DNA from: a virus
Taxonomy: Duplodnaviria > Caudoviricetes
IMG/VR virus record: IMGVR_UViG_3300049854_000015
Span: 1 to 62,113 of that record
Direction: 5' to 3' (one strand)
Length of the DNA stretch: 62,113 nucleotides
The position numbers and the translations under genes were made by a program. Below the pieces are notes generated by a model, which saw only the letters and a program-made list of their open reading frames with translations, ran no database searches and was not told the origin of the DNA. Shown one piece after another: positions 8,684-18,407 of this stretch; position 1 is the stretch's first letter, and each line of letters begins with the position of its first letter.

Positions 8684-10012
8684 ATGACAGTTTTAGAATT
8701 AAGAGAACAGGCGGCTCTCAAAGGTGAAGAAGCTGCCAAGATAACGGAGAAAGTCAGGCAGGAAGGTCGAACGATGACTACCGATGAGACGAGGACTTTC
8801 ACGGACCTGATGGATGAGGCTGAGAAGCTGGATGCAGAAGCCGACAAACAACAGCGGCTTGAGAAGTTCCAGGCCAAACAGTCTGAGCCTGCTAAGAGGG
8901 CGACTCCGCTGGAATTGGCTGACGGTGCGAAGATTAGGACCGTTGGTCCGAAGTTTCGCCGCTACGGCCAACTTCGTGCCTTCAAGGGGCCTGATGCTGA
9001 TAAGAACGCCTATGAGACGGGTCGCTTCCTGATGGCCACGATACTTGAGAACGCGGAATCGAGGCAATGGTGTCACGAACACGGTATTGAAATCCGCGTC
9101 CAGACGGAAGGTATCAATACGGCCGGTGGCTACCTTGTCCCCGATACGATGGAGCGGGCGATTATCAACCTTCGAGAGCAGTATGGCATGTTCCGTGCCA
9201 ATGCCCGCGTCGTGCCGATGAGCAGTGACCATTCGATTATTCCCAGGCGCACGGGCGGGGTAACGGCCTACTTCGTCGGGGAAACGACTGCGACAACTGA
9301 ATCGGATATGTCGTGGAGCCAGGTCGAGTTGACGGCCAAAGAGCTTGCAGCCCTTACCAGGATTAGCGCCAGCGTTTCCGAGGATGCCATCGTCAACATT
9401 GCGGACATCATCGTGGACGAGATGGCCTGGGCCTTTGCCAAAAAGGAGGACGAATGCGGTCTCGACGGCGATGGCACGTCCACCTATGGCGGCATGGTGG
9501 GTATCCGAACGAGATTTGTTGATGGTACTCATACGGCCGGCCAGGATGCCGGTACGACCCCCTGTACGGCGTGGTCACATATCACAATGGTGGACGAAAT
9601 CACTGAGATTATGAGCAAACTGCCAAGCTACGCGATAGCGAGAGCCAAATGGTATATCCACCCGTCAGGTAAGGCGGGAATGTTGGATTCTCTTGCGCTG
9701 CAAGCTGGTGGTAATACGACCCGTGATATTGCTGCAGGCGCTCAGCCGATGTTCGGGGGTTATCCTATAGTGGTTTCCTCCGCTATGCCCAAGGCCCCGA
9801 CGAACGCGACTGTGTATGTTCTGTTCGGCGATCTTTCCATGTCCACGACCTTCGGTGACAGGCTGGGCATTACCATCGCCAAGACAAGCGACCGGTACTT
9901 TGAGTATCGGCAGATTGGTATCTTGGCAAGTGAGAGATTCTGCATCGTCAACCATGATCTTGGTGACAATACGGATGCCGGCCCGATCATCGCTGGTGTT
10001 GGCACTACCTAA
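8684..10012 (+). CDS. Major capsid protein, HK97 fold with N-terminal delta domain
   Basis: Coiled-coil N-terminus, GGYLVP, LFGDLS, ERF motifs; position after the protease. Confidence 0.96.
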   Translation: MTVLELREQAALKGEEAAKITEKVRQEGRTMTTDETRTFTDLMDEAEKLDAEADKQQRLEKFQAKQSEPAKRATPLELADGAKIRTVGPKFRRYGQLRAFKGPDADKNAYETGRFLMATILENAESRQWCHEHGIEIRVQTEGINTAGGYLVPDTMERAIINLREQYGMFRANARVVPMSSDHSIIPRRTGGVTAYFVGETTATTESDMSWSQVELTAKELAALTRISASVSEDAIVNIADIIVDEMAWAFAKKEDECGLDGDGTSTYGGMVGIRTRFVDGTHTAGQDAGTTPCTAWSHITMVDEITEIMSKLPSYAIARAKWYIHPSGKAGMLDSLALQAGGNTTRDIAAGAQPMFGGYPIVVSSAMPKAPTNATVYVLFGDLSMSTTFGDRLGITIAKTSDRYFEYRQIGILASERFCIVNHDLGDNTDAGPIIAGVGTT

Positions 10013-10069
10013 GAGCAAATAAGGAATGTTCTCCGTAGATTATGGGGAACGATATTAAGGAGTTTACAG

Positions 10070-10570
10070 ATGATAAACGCGACACAAACCAAAACCATTT
10101 TGCTGCCTCCGATTGTTTCGACGGCGGCCATGACGCAGTGTATGTCGTTTGACCGTTCTGGTTTCGATTATTGCGTCATCGACGTAATAGGCGGGACCAA
10201 CGTGACGACTACGCAGGTCTTCTCGACTATCGTAGTGAGCGAAAGTGATACTATCACTTCGCCGACGAGCATGACGGCTATCGTCGAACTCAGCGGCAGT
10301 ACGGCTACGAGTACGACCTATGGATTTGCGATACCCATACTTGCAGCGACGTCAATCGGTTCGGTCATTACTTTGCAGTTTGACCTCAAGGGCCGAAAGA
10401 AATACATCGGCCTGACCCTTACGGCATCGGCTGCTGGCGGCTCCGCCGTTATCGGGGCGATTGCAAAGCTCTCCAGACCGGAGCTTTCGCCTGACACGGC
10501 AGCCTTGAAAGACGGTATCAATATCTATGATACCGCTGTTTCGGGCTGTATAAAACTTGTGACGGCATAA
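10070..10570 (+). CDS. Probable capsid decoration/cement protein
   Basis: Directly follows the MCP; beta-rich, K.YI.L motif. Confidence 0.5.
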   Translation: MINATQTKTILLPPIVSTAAMTQCMSFDRSGFDYCVIDVIGGTNVTTTQVFSTIVVSESDTITSPTSMTAIVELSGSTATSTTYGFAIPILAATSIGSVITLQFDLKGRKKYIGLTLTASAAGGSAVIGAIAKLSRPELSPDTAALKDGINIYDTAVSGCIKLVTA

Positions 10571-10643
10571 AGAACCTTGTTCATCAGGCTGGGGGCTTCG
10601 GCCTCCGGCCTGGTGAACGTAGATTGATGAACAAGGAACAATA

Positions 10644-12470
10644 ATGGATAGATTGAAGCTCAATCTTGGTGCAGGTAATCTTGAATTGCCAGGGTACGTC
10701 AACATCGACCGAAAGACAGGTCAGGAAGCATACCCATTGAGCTACACAGATGGCTCGGTAGATGAAATACGCGCATCGCATATCCTTGAGCATTTTGGAT
10801 TGCGAGAAGCTCCCGTGGTGCTTCAGCATTGGGTAAGCAAACTGCGTCCGGGTGGTATTCTGAAAGTAGCCGTACCGGATTTTGCAAAGATATGCGATGT
10901 ATATAAGAACGGCGGGGACAATACAGCGGGTTATCTTTGTGGTGGTCAGATTGACGAGAATGACTATCACAAGAGCATTTTCGACCGCATTTCACTGACG
11001 AGAATGCTTGAAGGGGCAGGGCTGTGTGATATTCAACATTGGGACAGTGAAATAAAAGACTGTGCGAGCCTACCGGTCAGCCTTAACTTGCAAGGTGCTA
11101 AATTTTGCCAAAGCCCTGAATTGGAAAAGATACTTAAAGGCTTTAGCGCACGGCGAAAAAATAAATATTCCCAATATGGTGAGGATGGAATTACCGAGGC
11201 GATATTCGAGCGGATAGGGACAAAGAACCGCTGGTGTCTTGAGGTGGGTGCCTCAGATGGGATGTTATTCTCTAATTCCCGTCAATTTGTCGAGCAGGGA
11301 TGGAATGCGATTCTGATTGAGTCAGAAAAGCTGGCCTATGATAGACTTGTAGAGAACTGCAAGAATTTTCCGAATGCCAAACCGATATTTGGAAAAATCG
11401 GCAGGGATTTTTCTTTGGATGATATTCTTAGCCGATGCGGCGCGCCTAAAGACATTGATCTTCTCATTATCGACATCGACGGGCAGGATTATCACGTTTG
11501 GAATGCGATGATGAATTACCATCCGAGGGTCATGATAGTGGAGTACAATCCCGCCGCCGAATCAGAATATATCCCGCTACTCGGTGGAAGTACTAAGGAA
11601 GGGCTTGACCAAGCCGGCAGGGCCGCGATTACTCGTCTCGGCAGTTCTAAAGGATACCGCGCGTGCATAGAGACGCCTACCAACATTATTCTACTGCATC
11701 AGGACAATTTTGAGATTGAGGCGAATGGGAAGCCGGAAGCCTCGAACACAAAAACGGTAAGTGCCAAGATAACGGCTGTTATGTCAGCCCCGCGATTGGG
11801 ATTTACGAACAATCTGATGATAGCCTCAAAAGTTCTTGTTCCTCTTGGTGTTGATTTAGAGGTTGGATATGGCGTTTTCTGGGGCCAGATATTGAGCAGG
11901 ATAATAGAGCGGCTTGTAGATAAGGGCATCGAATGGATAGTTGTCCTTGACTATGACAGCTATTACCTCAAGGAGCATTTCCTTACTATGTGCCGGCTTA
12001 TGGCGGAGTACCCGGACGCCGACGCCATCATGCCTATTCAGGTCAAGCGGGAGGAAAATACTATTCTGGCCGGCGTGAAGGATGTAAGCAAGGCTAATCG
12101 TGAATACGATGCGAACACGGACTTGATAGAGGTTGATACGGGTCATTTTGGTTTGACGTTCCTCAGGGCGTCCTCATTCGCCAAACTGAAAAAGCCGTGG
12201 TTTCTCGGTGTGCCCAACGAGAAAAAAGAATGGGGCGAGGGACGATTAGATGAGGACATCTATTTCTGGAAGAACTGGCGAGAGAGCGGATTGAAATTAT
12301 ATCTCACGCCGCGAGTCTCTATCGGTCACATGCAACTTATGGTGACGTGGCCGGGTACTCTGGAAAAAGGTTCTGTACCATATCATCAGTATTTGAACGA
12401 TTGCGACCAAAACGGCATACCCGAATGGTGTAAAGTGCCTAACGACCTTATACCCAAACAGATTAAATAA
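10644..12470 (+). CDS. Fusion of class I SAM methyltransferase, FkbM-like methyltransferase and GT-A-like glycosyltransferase
   Basis: LNLGAG...SHILEH; YSQYGEDGI...EVGASDG...IDIDGQDY; LDYD...GHFGL...EDIYFW...IGH. Confidence 0.8.
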   Translation: MDRLKLNLGAGNLELPGYVNIDRKTGQEAYPLSYTDGSVDEIRASHILEHFGLREAPVVLQHWVSKLRPGGILKVAVPDFAKICDVYKNGGDNTAGYLCGGQIDENDYHKSIFDRISLTRMLEGAGLCDIQHWDSEIKDCASLPVSLNLQGAKFCQSPELEKILKGFSARRKNKYSQYGEDGITEAIFERIGTKNRWCLEVGASDGMLFSNSRQFVEQGWNAILIESEKLAYDRLVENCKNFPNAKPIFGKIGRDFSLDDILSRCGAPKDIDLLIIDIDGQDYHVWNAMMNYHPRVMIVEYNPAAESEYIPLLGGSTKEGLDQAGRAAITRLGSSKGYRACIETPTNIILLHQDNFEIEANGKPEASNTKTVSAKITAVMSAPRLGFTNNLMIASKVLVPLGVDLEVGYGVFWGQILSRIIERLVDKGIEWIVVLDYDSYYLKEHFLTMCRLMAEYPDADAIMPIQVKREENTILAGVKDVSKANREYDANTDLIEVDTGHFGLTFLRASSFAKLKKPWFLGVPNEKKEWGEGRLDEDIYFWKNWRESGLKLYLTPRVSIGHMQLMVTWPGTLEKGSVPYHQYLNDCDQNGIPEWCKVPNDLIPKQIK

Positions 12471-12482
12471 TAAGGAGAATAT

Positions 12483-12800
12483 ATGGCTGACAAATACATT
12501 TACGTAAAGCTGATCAAGGAATGGGGTGGCTTTCGGGTCGGCGATGTTGTTCGGTTTGGTTGGAATAAGGGCATGGGCCGAATCGAGAAAAAAGAGGGCA
12601 TCGAAGTAAAGAAACAACATGCGGTGAATGATCCCCCCGAACCCAAAATTGAGAAACCGCTATCAGTTGCGGAACTGAAGATCGAGGCCAAGCCGGTCAT
12701 CGAGACGGCTACGGCGGAACCGGCTGAGCAACCCAGGACGGAGACGGCTGAGGTGACGCCGAGACGTAGAGGCCGTCCGTCAATGAAAAATAGTGATTAA
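12483..12800 (+). CDS. Hypothetical protein (low-complexity C-terminus, RRRGRP)
   Basis: AAGGAG RBS; typical small post-capsid protein. Confidence 0.6.
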   Translation: MADKYIYVKLIKEWGGFRVGDVVRFGWNKGMGRIEKKEGIEVKKQHAVNDPPEPKIEKPLSVAELKIEAKPVIETATAEPAEQPRTETAEVTPRRRGRPSMKNSD

Positions 12801-12842
12801 CAGAATGTTCATTTAGATGAACACATATAAGGAGACATAAAC

Positions 12843-13322
12843 ATGGCAAGACGAAAGAAAACAGGTATCGAAACAGTGGGCGTGAAGGGCTTCTTCAGAC
12901 TTCAGGTCGTGGACAAGAAAACCCGAAAGATTGTCGGGGACACCGGCTATTTCCAGAACCAGATTACCAACTATGGTCTGAATAGCTGTATCGTGGCCCT
13001 GCCTTTGAAGTGCGCCAACTCCATTCAGGCTTCGGGCATGATGCTGGGTTCTGGCACGAATCCCGCCAGTGACGCGACGGCCCTGCCTCTGTCGAATACT
13101 AATTATTGGAGTTCATTCGGCCAATCGACAGTCATAGCCAGCCTCACAGCAAGGGCTACGCAGAGCTTCGATGGTACGCTGGGTGCGGCTACTCTGGCGA
13201 ATATCGGTATCTTCGCCGCCTCGTCAGGGACAATCCTTGCCGGCAAGACGTTTGCAAGCTCGGCGATAACTACTGACCAGGATGTCAATGCCACTTACGA
13301 GCTCCGCTACAGCACGAGTTAG
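12843..13322 (+). CDS. Probable virion structural protein
   Basis: NQITNYG...LGSGT...NIGIF pattern similar to phage fibre-anchor proteins. Confidence 0.55.
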   Translation: MARRKKTGIETVGVKGFFRLQVVDKKTRKIVGDTGYFQNQITNYGLNSCIVALPLKCANSIQASGMMLGSGTNPASDATALPLSNTNYWSSFGQSTVIASLTARATQSFDGTLGAATLANIGIFAASSGTILAGKTFASSAITTDQDVNATYELRYSTS

Positions 13323-13343
13323 AATATAAAATATATTTAAGTC

Positions 13344-13372
13344 TTGACTCGTTGCAATACAGTTGTTATGCT
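13344..13372 (+). promoter_or_regulatory. Sigma70-type promoter upstream of the HNH gene
   Basis: TTGACT-17 nt-TATGCT. Confidence 0.55.
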
Positions 13373-13396
13373 CAAGAGAAAAAACTTTGAAAGGGC

Positions 13397-14125
13397 ATGA
13401 CAATGAAAGAGCAAAAGCGATGTGCAGACTGTGGTAAGGTGATTGATTACAGGTCGATGCGATGTAGAACTTGCGCTGCGAAACTTGGAACTGCAAAAGT
13501 CAGGAAAGCTATTACTGGCCGAGAGAAGATACCGCAACTTTACAAGAAAGGATTATCGACGGTTGCTATAGCAAAACAAGTTGGTCTTAGTAAGGGTGCG
13601 GTTCATTCTATACTTCGGGTTCGTGGAGTTCAAATGCGCAGTTACTCCGAAGGGATAAAAGCTATGTATCCCGAAGGCCGGAAAGGCAAATTAGCGGCCA
13701 ACTGGAAAGGCGGTCGGGTTCTTGTAACAAAAGAAAGAAAATATGAAAACGGTGTTCTAAAAATCGCAAAAAGTGATATGCGCCAAACATCTCGCAAGGG
13801 TGAATTAGGTGGAAATTGGAAAGGTGGAAGGCGGAAATTGGGACAAGGATATATCTATATCTTCTATCCCGATCATCTTAATGCGACAAAGGAAGGTTAC
13901 ATCATGGAGCACCGTCTTGTTATGGAGAAGCATCTTGGCCGGATTCTCGATAAGAAAGAAGTCGTGCATCATTTGAACGGTGTCAAGGATGACAATCGAA
14001 TTGAAAATTTAGAGGTAACAAGTTTGGGTCGGCATGTAGCAATGCACTTCGATGCTTTCCAAGAGTTACAAAAAGTCAAGTCCGAGCTTCAAAAGTACAA
14101 AGACCGTTTTGGAGAGATTGCCTGA
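13397..14125 (+). CDS. HNH homing endonuclease with HTH and NWKGG repeats
   Basis: EHRLVME..LGR.L...[16 protein letters not shown]; CxxC-CxxC N-terminus. Confidence 0.88.
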   Translation: MTMKEQKRCADCGKVIDYRSMRCRTCAAKLGTAKVRKAITGREKIPQLYKKGLSTVAIAKQVGLSKGAVHSILRVRGVQMRSYSEGIKAMYPEGRKGKLAANWKGGRVLVTKERKYENGVLKIAKSDMRQTSRKGELGGNWKGGRRKLGQGYIYIFYPDHLNATKEGYIMEHRLVMEKHLGRILDKKEVVHHLNGVKDDNRIENLEVTSLGRHVAMHFDAFQELQKVKSELQKYKDRFGEIA

Positions 14126-14382
14126 TGGACATTGCTGAAATCAAGCGCGAGGCTCGGTACAAAATCGAATCCATGATGGGGCTGTTTGATTTTGTGGAGG
14201 ATTCTATTAAGCAACTTCAGGATGAGAAACAGGCTAAGGTGGATATCATCGTTGCCCTGCGAGATTTGCTTATTGGCATACGCCAGCAATTGAGGAAGAA
14301 AGGCGAATATGAACTTGCTGACTTTATCAGAGACGCTTTGAAAGAATTAGGAGTGACTATTGAAGACGAGAAAAGTGAATAG
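14125..14382 (+). CDS. Small protein resembling the C-terminal anticodon-binding domain of cysteinyl-tRNA synthetase
   Basis: LLIGIRQQLRKKGEYELADFIRDALKELGVTIED. Confidence 0.6.
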   Translation: MDIAEIKREARYKIESMMGLFDFVEDSIKQLQDEKQAKVDIIVALRDLLIGIRQQLRKKGEYELADFIRDALKELGVTIEDEKSE

Positions 14383-14995
14383 CAAGCTCTTTAAGAAGAA
14401 ACAAATGACCAAAAGCAAAAAAACAGAACCGATTAAGGTTCTCAATATTGGTTGCGGCCATGCGCCTGTTCCGCTTCCGGGCGTAAAGGAGGTACGTTTA
14501 GATGCCGACCCAAAGGTGAAGCCGGATATTGTCTTGGATATTCGCAAGTTAAAGACCTTGCCCAAACATTCCTATGAAGGCGTATGGTGCAGTCACGTAT
14601 TGGAGCATTTCTATGAGCACGAATTGCCCATGATACTTGACGGCATACGGCACGTTCTCAAGGCGGATGGAGTCCTGTTCGCTATGGTTCCTGATTTAAG
14701 GGCCATTTTCATCGAGACCATACAAAGAAATCTTGGCATAAATGATGTTCTCTATGTATCAGGTATGGGGCCAGTTCGAGCGCGTGACGTTCTATATGGA
14801 TTTCAGCCTGAAGTAGCAACCGGAAATATCTTCTATTCGCATAAAACAGGATTCGATGCCAAGATTTTTCGGAAAACTTTAGAGATGGCTGGTTTTCAGA
14901 AAGTGTTTATTGGAGAAGAAAATCTGCAAATCAATGCCATCGCCTGTCGTTCGAAATTACCCAAATGGGCCAGTCAATTTGTGAAGGCAAAATGA
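14360..14995 (+). CDS. Class I SAM methyltransferase (start uncertain)
   Basis: VLNIGCG, VRLD.DP...PD, CSHVLEH. Confidence 0.85.
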   Translation: MKTRKVNSKLFKKKQMTKSKKTEPIKVLNIGCGHAPVPLPGVKEVRLDADPKVKPDIVLDIRKLKTLPKHSYEGVWCSHVLEHFYEHELPMILDGIRHVLKADGVLFAMVPDLRAIFIETIQRNLGINDVLYVSGMGPVRARDVLYGFQPEVATGNIFYSHKTGFDAKIFRKTLEMAGFQKVFIGEENLQINAIACRSKLPKWASQFVKAK

Positions 14996-15621
14996 AGAAG
15001 AAAATAAATTACAGGCTCTTTGAAAAGGCCAAAGCTATCCGTCTCGATGTAGCGTGTGGTCCGTCTAAACAAAAAGGTTACTTAGGCATGGACATTGTGC
15101 CCGGTCCGAACGTTGATATTGTCCATGATATTCAGAAATTTCCGTGGCCTGTGCCGGATAACGTCTGTGCTTCAATCCTGATGAGCCATATCTTCGAGCA
15201 TATTGAGCCGAAGTACAGGTTCCAAGTCATGGACGAGTGCTGGCGGATTATCCGGCATGATGGGCAGCTTTTGATAGCCTGTCCCTATGCGAATAGTTTC
15301 TTGGAATCTGCGCATCCGGCGCATTATATGTGCCCGAATGAGGCGTCGTTTCAATTCTTCGATCCTGATTATCATCTATGGCACGCATCGGGCTATCAAA
15401 AGCCTTTGGCGTGGAAGATTATCCGTTGTGCCTATGCTATGAACGGGACGATTGAGATTATCATGGAGCCTCGCAAAAAGAAAGACGGCAAGCCTGAGCC
15501 ATTGCCGGAGAAGCCCGTGATTATGGGTTCGGTACAGATTCTTGAGCGCAAAGAAGTTGAAGATGTTCATGTGATATGGCCTGAGAAAAAAAGAAAAGAG
15601 AAACATGGCAGGATTCGGTGA
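14992..15621 (+). CDS. Class I SAM methyltransferase
   Basis: LDVACG, GMDI, DIVHDI, SHIFEH. Confidence 0.85.
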   Translation: MKKKINYRLFEKAKAIRLDVACGPSKQKGYLGMDIVPGPNVDIVHDIQKFPWPVPDNVCASILMSHIFEHIEPKYRFQVMDECWRIIRHDGQLLIACPYANSFLESAHPAHYMCPNEASFQFFDPDYHLWHASGYQKPLAWKIIRCAYAMNGTIEIIMEPRKKKDGKPEPLPEKPVIMGSVQILERKEVEDVHVIWPEKKRKEKHGRIR

Positions 15622-15793
15622 CACAACCAGAATCGGTGACGCGGCGAAAGTGGCGATTGTCGATAAGTCCAAGCGGGAATGTGGCGTGAATGAATACCTT
15701 TTGAACGATGACGATTTGGCGAAGCTTCATAGGGGCGTAAGCATCCATTTGATTCTTGAGGACGAATACCAGCTATGGCTAAAGCATGCATAG
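15605..15793 (+). CDS. Hypothetical protein
   Basis: 62-aa ORF overlapping its neighbours. Confidence 0.4.
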   Translation: MAGFGDTTRIGDAAKVAIVDKSKRECGVNEYLLNDDDLAKLHRGVSIHLILEDEYQLWLKHA

Positions 15794-16677
15794 AGGAAAC
15801 GACGACCATTATCAAGAGCGGTAAGGACGGCAACCCGCGCTGTAGGCTTCTTATCGTAACGCCGACGCTGGGGATTATCCGCATGGAGTGGGCAATGGCC
15901 CGGTATGGTCAGGCGATTCCCTGTAACTGGTCGTCATCCTCGGCCTCGCTGGGAATAAATGCCTGTGTGCCCATGCACTATCTTGTAGCCGATGCGCAGA
16001 ATTTAGGCTGCGAGGACTGTATAGCAAAGAACTTTGAATGGCTCTTGCTTTGGGAGGATGATACCGTTCCACCCTATGATGCGCTGCTCCAGTTGAACAA
16101 GTATATATGCTCCGAGGAGATTCCGGTTGTCTCCGGTCTCTATTTTACAAAAGGAAACTTCTCGGAGCCGATTATCTATCGGGGGCAAGGCAATGGGCCT
16201 TTCACGAATTTCAAAATAGGTGATAAGGTCTGGGCGGACGGTGTTCCTACGGGCTTCCTCTTGATACATTCGAAAGTGATTAAACTCATGTGGGACGAGA
16301 GCGAGTCTTATCAGACTTTGGGCGGAAGGACGACAAGAAAGATATTCGAGACACCGGCTAAGATTACCTACCATGAGGATACCAAAAGTTATTCGTCTGG
16401 CATGGGTACAAGTGACTTATATTGGTGTGCTCGTGTGATACGTGAAAAGGTTCTGACGAGGGCAGGTTGGCCGAAGATAGGCCGCAAGAAATATCCATTC
16501 CTCTGCGATACGAAGATTTTCTGCAAACATTTGGACCTTTCGACGGGCCGCCAATACCCGCCGCCTTTCCATGAATCGAGAGAGTGGAAGCGAGAGAAAA
16601 GAGCACATGATAAGAAATATGAACAACTTGCAAAAAAAGAGCGGCGTGAACATGACTATTCTGAAAGCGATGAATAG
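15775..16677 (+). CDS. GT-A-fold glycosyltransferase-like protein
   Basis: IVTPT, WLLLWEDD, VSGLY, G..TGFLLIH, SDLYWC, CKH. Confidence 0.75.
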   Translation: MAKACIEETTTIIKSGKDGNPRCRLLIVTPTLGIIRMEWAMARYGQAIPCNWSSSSASLGINACVPMHYLVADAQNLGCEDCIAKNFEWLLLWEDDTVPPYDALLQLNKYICSEEIPVVSGLYFTKGNFSEPIIYRGQGNGPFTNFKIGDKVWADGVPTGFLLIHSKVIKLMWDESESYQTLGGRTTRKIFETPAKITYHEDTKSYSSGMGTSDLYWCARVIREKVLTRAGWPKIGRKKYPFLCDTKIFCKHLDLSTGRQYPPPFHESREWKREKRAHDKKYEQLAKKERREHDYSESDE

Positions 16678-16709
16678 ATAAATCAATACCCGCCATAAGG
16701 AGAAAAACA

Positions 16710-16994
16710 ATGGCGCTAACAAAAACAGTAACAAAAGTATGGCCTGTACAGAGCGGTGATGGAAGAACATATTCTCCGGGTATTCATCTGGTTTTACAGG
16801 ATGATGGCGTGACGAAAATCGACCAGGACTTCACGGCGCTTTACGGCGGCGGAAGTCAACTTGCGCAAGTAAAAGCTACCGTGACGGCGGCGGCACAGGC
16901 CGCTATTGACAAGTACAAGGCTGAAAAGGCGTTGAATAATAATGCCGCTTATACAACGGCAGTAAGTGAAGTCGATACAGCTTTGGTTCTGTGA
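16710..16994 (+). CDS. Probable virion protein
   Basis: AAGGAG RBS; MALTKT start shared with the next gene. Confidence 0.55.
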   Translation: MALTKTVTKVWPVQSGDGRTYSPGIHLVLQDDGVTKIDQDFTALYGGGSQLAQVKATVTAAAQAAIDKYKAEKALNNNAAYTTAVSEVDTALVL

Positions 16995-17002
16995 GGTGAA
17001 AT

Positions 17003-17596
17003 ATGGCTCTGACTAAAACAACGTCCATTGTCGAGATAGATGCGTGGGCGGCGATAACGGCAGCAACGGCCCGCGAGGGCGCTGCGCATGATGTTTCGGC
17101 CAGTTACAACAGTCTATTGTATATCGAAGTGGCTCTTGGCGAGGCTGTGGCTCATGCGGGATATACGGTCTTTGTGGAAGTGTCTTATGCTGACGATGAC
17201 TGGGTGCAGTTAACTTCATTTTCCGGCACGATAGAAACGGCGGCGACAACAACTATCAATGACGCGGCGGCCAATGCCGGGGATACGACGATTACCTTGA
17301 CGGACGCTGCGACGGGTGATTTCGATATGGTGGGGCGCAAATGGTTCATCCTCGAAGGCACGGTAGGTAACTCTGAATCCGTGCGAACCAAAAGCCAAGC
17401 GGCCAACGTCGTGACGCTCTTTCAAGACATGATGCGAAGTCATACGAACGGGGCGAATGTTTACGACCGTGTAGATGAATGGTGTATCGAGATTCCCTTC
17501 GCAGCCAGTCAGGTAAGAGTCCTGATAGACAATACCGACGCCGACTGTGACATCTATTCAACAACCAGAATCTCGAAAGTGACGGCATTGATATAA
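17003..17596 (+). CDS. Probable virion protein
   Basis: Ala/Thr-rich, beta-rich ORF in the structural operon. Confidence 0.6.
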   Translation: MALTKTTSIVEIDAWAAITAATAREGAAHDVSASYNSLLYIEVALGEAVAHAGYTVFVEVSYADDDWVQLTSFSGTIETAATTTINDAAANAGDTTITLTDAATGDFDMVGRKWFILEGTVGNSESVRTKSQAANVVTLFQDMMRSHTNGANVYDRVDEWCIEIPFAASQVRVLIDNTDADCDIYSTTRISKVTALI

Positions 17597-17597
17597 G

Positions 17598-18404
17598 ATG
17601 GGACTGATTAGCCCTGCACATAATAAGCCGTGGTTAGGTGTGCCGATTAACTGGGGCGACCCTCTCGCTCGCGGTCTCGTCGGCTGCTGGCTGATGAACG
17701 AAGGGACGGGGGATAAAGTCTATGACCTGAGCGGGAATGGGAAGACGGGTAGTTTTGTGGGTAGTACAGGTTTTAAGTCTGCTCGGTTTGGCTCTGGAGT
17801 AGAATTTGATGGTACGGACAGTGTTATCAATTTAGGAACTATTCACAATTTTACAACTCAACCTTTTACTTATTCGTGCTGGGTAAATTTTGACACGCTT
17901 CAAGCAGGAACAAATCCTACAATTTTGTGGAAGGGTAATTGGGAAGACTGTGGATATTACTGGTGTGTTAATAAAGTCAGTAACCCAACACAGGCTCTTG
18001 TATTTTTTACAAATAATCAATTACTGACCCCCAAGGTTGTGAGTACAGCAACCGCTTCCAATATCATACAAGTTGGACAGTGGTACTTTTTAGTAGTAAC
18101 TCGTGATGGTACTTCAGTCCGACTCTATGTTAATGGTGTCGATAAAACGGATACTGCTGGGTCACATATTGATCCAGGCACTGCTAGCGGAAAGTCTCTT
18201 ATTTGTGGTGCTTACGAGTCTACATATAGCAATATAGATGGTAAGTTTGATCATCTAATGTGTTACAATCGTGCCCTCTCCGCCACTGAAGTCCAGCAGC
18301 TCTACATGGCGCCGTTTAGAATGTTTGAGCGACCGTCGATTGAATTTTATTCAGTTTTTGCCGGGGCTGCGGATTTAGATATTTATGCCTATGATACGGA
18401 ATGA
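17598..18404 (+). CDS. LamG/concanavalin A-like domain protein
   Basis: GLVGCW.MNEG.G, FDGTDS.I, FTYSCWV, LYVNG, YNRALSATEVQQLY. Confidence 0.88.
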   Translation: MGLISPAHNKPWLGVPINWGDPLARGLVGCWLMNEGTGDKVYDLSGNGKTGSFVGSTGFKSARFGSGVEFDGTDSVINLGTIHNFTTQPFTYSCWVNFDTLQAGTNPTILWKGNWEDCGYYWCVNKVSNPTQALVFFTNNQLLTPKVVSTATASNIIQVGQWYFLVVTRDGTSVRLYVNGVDKTDTAGSHIDPGTASGKSLICGAYESTYSNIDGKFDHLMCYNRALSATEVQQLYMAPFRMFERPSIEFYSVFAGAADLDIYAYDTE

Positions 18405-18407
18405 CAA

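Noticed and set aside
8699-9532. 277-aa antisense ORF in the capsid gene, and similar shadow ORFs
   Set aside because: Fully overlaps a well-supported gene and has no motifs; codon-bias shadow.
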